From the NCBI RefSeq assembly GCF_000009705.1, contig NC_003272.1, positions 1,320,001 through 1,352,000 on the forward strand: a DNA stretch of 32,000 nucleotides. Direction: 5' to 3'. This document shows, piece by piece, positions 25,295-32,000 of this stretch. A program made the position numbers and the translations under genes. The notes under the pieces are model-generated. The model worked only from the letters and a program-made list of their open reading frames with translations, did not search any database and was not told where the DNA came from. The DNA is from Nostoc sp. PCC 7120 = FACHB-418 (GTDB taxonomy: Bacteria > Cyanobacteriota > Cyanobacteriia > Cyanobacteriales > Nostocaceae). Numbering within the stretch: position 1 is the first letter of the stretch; every line of letters begins with the position of its first letter.

Positions 25295-27220
25295 TTACCC
25301 ATCACCCGTGGGAATTGTAATGATAAACTCAGCCCCCTTTCCTGGCGCAGAGATACACTGTAATTGTCCCTGGTGGTTTGTCACCACAATTTGGTAACTA
25401 ATTGATAGTCCCATGCCAGTGCCTTTACCTATGGGTTTAGTGGTGAAGAAAGGGTCAAATAGCCGATTAAGAACTTTCTCTGCCATTCCCATTCCATTAT
25501 CAGCAATACGGATAATTACCTGGTTGTCGGTGGTAAGTTCAGTCCGAATCAGAATTCGGGGATTGTTAGTTGTTTGATGATTCACCACTGACAAATGACT
25601 ACTGGCAACAGACTCTTCCAAAGCATCAATTGCATTAGTCAGTAAATTCATAAATACTTGATTGAGTTGTCCGGCGTGACATACGATATTGGGTAGGTTG
25701 CCGTACTCTTTAATTACTTGAATCTCATTACAGCCTGGTTTAGCTTTTAGACGATTTTGCAATAATAGCAATGTATTATCGATACCTTCATGAATATCTA
25801 CTGCTTTCATGCCATCTTCGTCTAGGCGAGAGAAGTTACGCAAAGAAAGGACTATCTGTCGAATACGTTCTGCTCCCATGTGCATTGAATTCAAAACTTT
25901 AGGCAAATCTTGAGAAATAAACTCTAAATCCATGCCGTATATATGGTCTGCAATGTCTGGTAATACTGAATCGTAGTGATTTTGATAGAGTTTAACCAAG
26001 TAAAGCAAATCCTCTATGTATTCACGGGTATGAGTGATATTACCGTAGATAAAATTCACGGGATTATTAATTTCATGGGCAACACCCGCTACTAATTGTC
26101 CTAAACTGGACATTTTCTCTGTTTGAATTAATTGCGCCTGGGTTTGTTGGAGTTCCCATAGCGCTGCTTCTAACTTTTGGGCTTTTTCTTGGGCTGTTTG
26201 GGCAATTTCTCGGTATTTAGCTTCAGATTTTCTCAGTTCTTCTTCAGTCTGCTTGCGCTTAATGCCGAGAGCAACCTCATGGGCTGTTATTCTCAAGGCT
26301 TCAAAGGTAGACTTGCTGAGGACTTGGCGAGAAAACATGGCGATGACCCCTAATATTTCTCCTTCCACAATCAAGGGATAGCCAGCAAAGGCAATCATTC
26401 CCTCTTGCTTTGCCCACTCTTTATTCCCTACACGGGGGTCGGTTTGTACAGAGTTGGTGAGGTGGGGTTTGGCTTCTTCGGCAATTAACCCAATTTTGAA
26501 TTTACCGACTGGTACAAATCTATGGGGGCCATCAATGTGGGTATACATCCCCGAACTAACTTGTAATTCGAGGACGTTATTTTGTTTATTCAGTGTCCAG
26601 ATGCGGGCAAAGGCTGCATTGAGATGTGTCACCATAGTCTCAGCACAGCCACGCATTAACTCTTGTAATGTGTGATCTTGAGAGAAAACAGTATCAATTG
26701 CTGTCCGAAAGTTAGCTAACTGGATTCTTTCTGCTAGCGCCGCTTCTGTAAGTTTGCGGTCGGTTATATCGTCAGTAATGCCTACACAATACAAAATATT
26801 AGTATTCTCATCTTTAAAGGCAGATGTGCTAATTTCCTGCCATCGCCAGCTACCATCTTTGTCTTTTATCCTGTATTCTAATGGCTGGTGCTTATTGTTA
26901 CAGTTAGAAACTGTGGATAAATAATCAGTAAATAGTTGCACATCGTCATTGTGGACAAAAGAAAAGAAAGATTTACCTTCCAGTTCTCTTATTTCATGTC
27001 CTAAGATTTCTGTGACATTAGGTGAAGTGTAGCAAACGTAACCATCACTTGTGAATACAAAAATAATTTTATGAGAATTTTTTATAACTTGATATAGATT
27101 GTTTTCAGTTTCTAAAGTAACTGTGAAATTGAAGTATTTTTTTCCAGACTCTCCAATTTGCAGAGGCGCTTTTATCTGATGAAAGGGTGGTTTGGTAACT
27201 TGATTATTTGATTGTCTCAC
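25295..27220 (-). CDS. Soluble PAS-GAF sensor histidine kinase
   Basis: PAS (FVFTSDGYVCYTSPNVTEILGH...), GAF (ARIWTLNKQNNVLELQ...FAGYPLIVEGEILGVIAMFS), coiled-coil linker, H box (VAHEINNP), N box (NLLTNAIDA) and G boxes (DNGMGM, GKGTGMGLS). No TM segments and no receiver domain. The tracked start is a GTG, so the start is uncertain. Confidence 0.9.
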   Translation of the reverse strand: MRQSNNQVTKPPFHQIKAPLQIGESGKKYFNFTVTLETENNLYQVIKNSHKIIFVFTSDGYVCYTSPNVTEILGHEIRELEGKSFFSFVHNDDVQLFTDYLSTVSNCNNKHQPLEYRIKDKDGSWRWQEISTSAFKDENTNILYCVGITDDITDRKLTEAALAERIQLANFRTAIDTVFSQDHTLQELMRGCAETMVTHLNAAFARIWTLNKQNNVLELQVSSGMYTHIDGPHRFVPVGKFKIGLIAEEAKPHLTNSVQTDPRVGNKEWAKQEGMIAFAGYPLIVEGEILGVIAMFSRQVLSKSTFEALRITAHEVALGIKRKQTEEELRKSEAKYREIAQTAQEKAQKLEAALWELQQTQAQLIQTEKMSSLGQLVAGVAHEINNPVNFIYGNITHTREYIEDLLYLVKLYQNHYDSVLPDIADHIYGMDLEFISQDLPKVLNSMHMGAERIRQIVLSLRNFSRLDEDGMKAVDIHEGIDNTLLLLQNRLKAKPGCNEIQVIKEYGNLPNIVCHAGQLNQVFMNLLTNAIDALEESVASSHLSVVNHQTTNNPRILIRTELTTDNQVIIRIADNGMGMAEKVLNRLFDPFFTTKPIGKGTGMGLSISYQIVVTNHQGQLQCISAPGKGAEFIITIPTGDG

Positions 27221-27530
27221 GTCCTATAAATCCTACTTATCTATCGGAGCCATGCCAAAAATTAGGTGATTTACTCAACCTGATGTAGACAATTCTAAAA
27301 AGGATTTCACCGAAAAGCCGTAAAGATATAAAGAGTATTTTGATAGTTAATCAATAGTGAAAATACTGACTCAATATCAATTAATATTGCTGTAATTTTC
27401 TATATTACGTATATCAATCAAGAATTATTTAACTTGAAGATTCAAAAATTCATCGTGGTTTTATAAATTCCCACCACCAATTATCAATTTATAAAGAGAC
27501 TTACTTGGTCAACAAACCATGTTGCCAAAA

Positions 27531-27574
27531 TGTACTAAAAATTACCCATATCTCTCTTTTCCAAAAATTAAACT
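27531..27574 (+). promoter_or_regulatory. Candidate NtcA-type (class II) promoter upstream of the dynamin-like gene
   Basis: TGTA-ctaaaaat-TACC (GTA 27532-27534, TAC 27543-27545) matches GTA-N8-TAC. A TAN3T -10 candidate TAAACT (27569-27574) lies 23 nt downstream. Chance matches are plausible in AT-rich DNA. Confidence 0.25.
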
Positions 27575-27726
27575 CTCCACACCCTTCTGCATCCTCGCTT
27601 GAGTAAATCACACCCTGGTTCAACTACGCCAAAGCAACTAATCAACAAGATGGCAAATAGGAAAGTGAAAAGATTTTTTTTGTGTTATAAAACTCACAGA
27701 AATTTATCTTAGCGGAAAGCTGCTCT

Positions 27727-30270
27727 ATGGAGCCAGAAAAACTGGGACGTTTTAAAGAGTACGGCGAACTTATTCTTCAAAAATTAGATTTTGTTCCTCA
27801 ATCTCCCTCGCAACAAGAAGACTGGGTTCCTGCTAGTCTGGATGATTGTCTTTTACGTCTACGGGAAGCTGCCCAAAAAACGGTAGAACTGGCTACCTCA
27901 CCCGTAAAAATTGGCGTGATGGGAGAATTTAGTAGTGGTAAAACTCTTCTGTTGGGTAGTCTCATCGGCTATGCAGATGCTTTACCTATCAGCGAAAATC
28001 CCACTACAGGAAACGTTACAGCGATTCATCTTATCCCTCATCCGGGTTTTACCACTACCCAGGTTGGTAACTTCACCGTTGAGTATCTGACTCGTGAGGG
28101 GGTAAATGAGTGTTTGCGCTTCATGTTAGGAGAAGCCAATCGTCGGACAATAGCAGCCGGACTTCCAGCAATGCAACCGGCAAAACTCAACTCTGGGAAA
28201 GAAATTCTCAGTTGGTGTGAAGCCAGTTGGAAGAGTAGTAATAATTTAGAGTTGCGTTATCTGCTGCGGGAGTTGGTGCTGTTTATCCGCGCCTATGGTT
28301 CCTATGGGGAAGCTCTCTGTGGCGGACGCTATGAAATTGACCCTGACTCCGCCCGTGAAGGTTTGCAATTGGCGGAACAGCCTTTGGCTATCCAAACTCT
28401 TGGCTTTGAAGATTTACCACCAGCTCATATTCGTTTACCAAGTCCACCGCAAAAGTTAGCTACCAAGTTATTACAAAATAGTTTCCCCTTAATTCGCCGT
28501 GTGGATATTGATGTGAAAATCTCTAGGGAAATTTGGGATATTACAGATGCTTCCGAATTTACTCTTCTGGATTTTCCGGGGTTGGGTGCGGCTAACTCTG
28601 GTGCTAGGGATACGTTTTTATCATTGCGGGAATTGGCAGAAGTACAGACGATTTTGGTACTGCTCAATGGTAAATCGCCGGGGAGCGATCGCGCTAATAA
28701 AATTTTTACGATGATGCAGCAGCAGCGCCCAGGACAAGACCTGAAGGATTTAATTTTGGTGGGCGTGGGACGGTTTGACCAGTTACCGTTGGAAAGTGAA
28801 GGGGGGGAAAGACTACTTGACCAATTAATTGATGAAAGTCGAACGCCGCATTTAACAGCAGATAAGGTTTTACAACAACTCAGGGTTTTACAAACCACCA
28901 TCGACGGCGCGAGTGCATTCACCACCAACAAAGACCGCATCGCTTTACTCTCACCTCTGTTGGGACTGGCGGAACTAGCCAAGCGTTCCAGCACTATCAA
29001 AGCAGGTTCACCAGAGTTTTTGGCTAACTTAGACTATCCCAATTACTTGGAGCGCTCGAAACAGTTGCAGCAAAAGTGGGGATATTTGAGCGATCGCCTG
29101 ATAGAATCAGATCCACGCAGCCATTTAAGTCGCAAGTTAGGTTACTTTGCTCAAGACGGGGGTATCGCCAAGCTACGGGAATTGATGCAGAATCACGTTG
29201 CGACTCACGGACTTAAGCAACTGTATGAGGATACTAGCCGCGCTGCCGATAATTTACGGCAACAACAAGATAATCTCAAAGGTATCATCGCCGAAATTCA
29301 TGAGCAAGGCATACCCACAGGCGACAGTCAGGCTTTAATTGATTTGCGGACTGCGTTGGAAAATTTAGATAAAACCTATCGCAACTTCCAAAAAGATTTG
29401 GGTAAAGAACCACTCAAAGACCGCCGGGGAACTGTGGTTAGTGATGTGGTGAAAGATGAATTGACCTTTAGAGTTTTGAGTTGGAATCATTGGACTTTGT
29501 TATTTAACAAAGCGAATAATGGCACAATCACCATTACAGAATCGAAGGGTGCAGCCGGGAAGTTATTTGACAGGGGAAATAGAACTAATACCAGTATTCC
29601 TACCAAGAGTGATGATTTTTATCCCGCTTTTGAAAAGACTGTCAAAGAAGTAGAAGAATTTGCGCGCGATCGCATCCGCCAAGCAGTGGTAGACTTACTG
29701 AGTAAATTATCTCAACAAATCGCCCCAGAACGAGAACGTTTGCAAGCACTCCTCAACCCAGAAATAGAACAAGAGATTGAAAGCAAATTTGGTGGGGAAG
29801 AAGCTGATTTATTTTACCAATTGTTGTTAGGTAGTGACCCGATCCAATGGCAAGCAGCAATCATATCGGAAATTAATCATCAAGAAAAATTCCTCACACC
29901 AGATATTATTTTCCCTCTGGCGCGTCAGGATGAAAAACATGATATTGGTCAAATCTTTGATTGGTCGCCGGAAAAAGCACAAACTCTATCTAAGTCCAGT
30001 AATCATCAAATGTTCGTATTAAGACTACGGGATGAAATTACTGCTAGTGCCAGCTTACATTTGGTGCAATATGTTAGTGAAGTTAATCAAAGAGTCAATG
30101 CCGAATTAGATGGAATTTTAGATCAAATTATTCCCACCTTGCAAAATATCTCCAAAAAAGATGGCTTGCTGAGGTTTATTGCTGCTGGCGATACTCAATC
30201 ATCGGGTGCAGTTCCAGTTTGGTTACAAAATCTCTCGGAAATTGCCGATTTAGCAGTCAAATATCAGTAA
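27727..30270 (+). CDS. Dynamin-like large GTPase (bacterial dynamin-family protein)
   Basis: G1 GEFSSGKT (aa 66-73, nt 27922-27945); G2-like NPTTGNVT (aa 91-98); G3 DFPG (aa 282-285, nt 28570-28581); G4-like GRFD (aa 348-351, nt 28768-28779). About 490 aa of helical, stalk-like sequence follows. No obvious TM segment. Confidence 0.85.
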   Translation: MEPEKLGRFKEYGELILQKLDFVPQSPSQQEDWVPASLDDCLLRLREAAQKTVELATSPVKIGVMGEFSSGKTLLLGSLIGYADALPISENPTTGNVTAIHLIPHPGFTTTQVGNFTVEYLTREGVNECLRFMLGEANRRTIAAGLPAMQPAKLNSGKEILSWCEASWKSSNNLELRYLLRELVLFIRAYGSYGEALCGGRYEIDPDSAREGLQLAEQPLAIQTLGFEDLPPAHIRLPSPPQKLATKLLQNSFPLIRRVDIDVKISREIWDITDASEFTLLDFPGLGAANSGARDTFLSLRELAEVQTILVLLNGKSPGSDRANKIFTMMQQQRPGQDLKDLILVGVGRFDQLPLESEGGERLLDQLIDESRTPHLTADKVLQQLRVLQTTIDGASAFTTNKDRIALLSPLLGLAELAKRSSTIKAGSPEFLANLDYPNYLERSKQLQQKWGYLSDRLIESDPRSHLSRKLGYFAQDGGIAKLRELMQNHVATHGLKQLYEDTSRAADNLRQQQDNLKGIIAEIHEQGIPTGDSQALIDLRTALENLDKTYRNFQKDLGKEPLKDRRGTVVSDVVKDELTFRVLSWNHWTLLFNKANNGTITITESKGAAGKLFDRGNRTNTSIPTKSDDFYPAFEKTVKEVEEFARDRIRQAVVDLLSKLSQQIAPERERLQALLNPEIEQEIESKFGGEEADLFYQLLLGSDPIQWQAAIISEINHQEKFLTPDIIFPLARQDEKHDIGQIFDWSPEKAQTLSKSSNHQMFVLRLRDEITASASLHLVQYVSEVNQRVNAELDGILDQIIPTLQNISKKDGLLRFIAAGDTQSSGAVPVWLQNLSEIADLAVKYQ

Positions 30271-30273
30271 TTA

Positions 30274-30298
30274 GTAATTAGTAGCCACCACTAATTAC
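30274..30298 (+). other. Intercistronic hairpin between the GTPase and Hsp70-like genes
   Basis: Perfect 9-bp stem GTAATTAGT (30274-30282) / ACTAATTAC (30290-30298) with a 7-nt loop. It overlaps a GTAATTA tandem duplication that starts inside the stop codon region. No T tract follows. Confidence 0.6.
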
Positions 30299-30320
30299 GA
30301 CTGCATAGGGAACCGATCAA

Positions 30321-32000
30321 ATGCCTGTAAAAATTCAGCTTGCACCACGCTTTCAGATGCGGGTTAATGAAAAAAAATATCTGGAACTTCCCACGATTCA
30401 ATTAATTGGTACTGGGAACAATGTCCCCCATATTTCCCGCATAACCTGCACTGTCAAAGGCGCATCAAGTGAATTGGCATTAAAAATAGAAAAATCCTAT
30501 AGACAATTTGAATCTGCTACACCAAAAATTTCTCAAATTGGGCAATTAGAGCAGTATCCTTGTAAACTAGAGCAAACTTTCACACAAGCCATCAACTGTA
30601 ATTTACAAGTAATTGTTGAATATTTCGATTCCGATTTATCAGGAAATCCCCTGCTATCTGCACGCAAAAAAATAGCAGCTTATTGTCATCTGTGGTCACT
30701 ACCTATGAAACCAACAACACAACCAGATAATACCCAAGAAATCCGTAATCATGAAAAACAACCCGATATTAAACAACGGAAAAGATTCCCCGGTTGGTTT
30801 GCTTTAGACTTCGGTACATCTAATTCTACGGTGACACTTTTTGACCCAATTGAAGTGCCAATTGCCGAAGTTTTACCGAGAGAACAGGAGTTAAGATTAC
30901 GCGATCGCCTATCTCAATGGTTGAGTTCTCCGGCTGCTATTGCCTTACCAGAAGCAAGCGCCAGTGAATGGGATAAGTTTACCCTTGATATTAGTAAAAA
31001 TTTAGAAATCGACCCTAGTAACTTACATGAAGTTTTTCAAACTGATAATAAAGAAAGATTTTTAGAAGCGATTCGACAAATAGAATTATGTTTAGGAAAT
31101 AGTGATAGATTTCGTCACGCTATCAGCAGAAAATTATATAATATCTACCATGAAGTTTTTCGTGTACCTACCTTAGAATCACAAAATCTCATTCCTGTAG
31201 TCTTAGATATTGACCGCCGCGATACAGAAATTCCCAGCGAGTTAGAAATCTCCAGTTTGACAGATTTAAATATTCGCATGGGTAGGGAAGCAAGAGACAA
31301 TCGCAAAAAGGCGATCGCTCAAGGAACCAGCAGTTCTCTCAAAGAAATTATCAGCAGATTTCACCATTCACCAAAACGTTACTTTGGACAAAAGCGTGAT
31401 TTCTCAGTTATTTTAGATGGCGCAGAAGAAACAATTAATGTTAATCAACTTGTACAAGCAGCTTGGTCACATTTAATTGATTTAACTGAAGATTATCGCC
31501 AACGCGCCAGACGCAGATTTTCTGACGGGGAATTTTTAACCGCAGTTGTCACCTACCCCACAGTTGCACCGCCAGTAGTGCGGAAAGAAGTCAAAGAATT
31601 AGTTGAACAATTAGGGATAGATGACGTACAAACTGCCTATGATGAAGCGGTATCTGTAGCCATCTTCTTTCTATGGCGTGAGTTTGGTGGTAATCTCAAC
31701 ATTGGCATTGAGTCTTTTAAAACTCGTTGCCGTCAAGAGAAAAATAAATGGTCGCAAAACGTTCTCGTCTTAGATATTGGTGGCGGAACCACAGACTTAG
31801 CTTTAATTGAACTCACCCTAGAAGATAAAACACCATTCTTTAGTAGTAATGAAGATAGAGGCTTAGGCGGACGTTATTATAAACTCACGCCGAAACTGCT
31901 GGGTTCCTCTGGACATTTACAACTGGGTGGCGAATTAATCACCTTGCGCGTGTATAGATTGTTAAAAGTGGCGATCGCTGATACTTTACTCACAGCAATT
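30321..32000 (+). CDS. Atypical Hsp70/actin-fold ATPase with N-terminal extension (partial, runs off the window)
   Basis: Hand translation from the ATG at 30321 gives 560 codons with no stop up to nt 32000. Phosphate-1 motif FALDFGTSNST (aa 160-170, nt ~30798-30830). Phosphate-2 motif VLDIGGGTTDL (nt ~31767-31799). AYDEAVSVAIFF resembles the Hsp70 EPTAAALAY segment. It is not in the ORF track because it has no stop. Confidence 0.85.
   Translation, partial: MPVKIQLAPRFQMRVNEKKYLELPTIQLIGTGNNVPHISRITCTVKGASSELALKIEKSYRQFESATPKISQIGQLEQYPCKLEQTFTQAINCNLQVIVEYFDSDLSGNPLLSARKKIAAYCHLWSLPMKPTTQPDNTQEIRNHEKQPDIKQRKRFPGWFALDFGTSNSTVTLFDPIEVPIAEVLPREQELRLRDRLSQWLSSPAAIALPEASASEWDKFTLDISKNLEIDPSNLHEVFQTDNKERFLEAIRQIELCLGNSDRFRHAISRKLYNIYHEVFRVPTLESQNLIPVVLDIDRRDTEIPSELEISSLTDLNIRMGREARDNRKKAIAQGTSSSLKEIISRFHHSPKRYFGQKRDFSVILDGAEETINVNQLVQAAWSHLIDLTEDYRQRARRRFSDGEFLTAVVTYPTVAPPVVRKEVKELVEQLGIDDVQTAYDEAVSVAIFFLWREFGGNLNIGIESFKTRCRQEKNKWSQNVLVLDIGGGTTDLALIELTLEDKTPFFSSNEDRGLGGRYYKLTPKLLGSSGHLQLGGELITLRVYRLLKVAIADTLLTAI

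Noticed and set aside
28425-29000. 191-aa antisense ORF inside the dynamin-like gene
   Set aside because: It has shadow-ORF composition (S/L/R/C-rich) and sits entirely within a gene that has ordered GTPase motifs.

Overview
This window looks like chromosomal DNA from a filamentous, Nostoc/Anabaena-type cyanobacterium. I count about 30 HIP1 octamers (GCGATCGC) by eye. There are also STRR-like heptamer arrays, small foldback (MITE-like) repeats and typical cyanobacterial genes. The left two thirds is mostly housekeeping: a YfcG-like GST, two tandem type-2 NADH dehydrogenase paralogs, smc, a PRC-barrel protein, a small two-EF-hand Ca2+ protein (CSE-like), uvrB, a CsbD-like stress protein, lipoproteins, a saccharopine-dehydrogenase-like reductase, a LURP-one/scramblase-like protein, an endolysin-like amidase, tyrA, a pentapeptide-repeat protein and a soluble PAS-GAF histidine kinase. 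The most interesting locus is at the right edge (27727-32000). It holds an 847-aa dynamin-like P-loop GTPase, followed 50 nt later on the same strand by an atypical Hsp70/actin-fold ATPase. That second ORF is absent from the ORF track because it runs off the window; I translated it by hand. It has a ~160-aa non-Hsp70 N-terminal extension. I propose this pair as a candidate uncharacterised GTPase-chaperone module involved in membrane remodelling or conflict/defence. I found no rRNA, tRNA, CRISPR array, transposase or integrase. All calls rest on motif recognition by eye; no database search was run.
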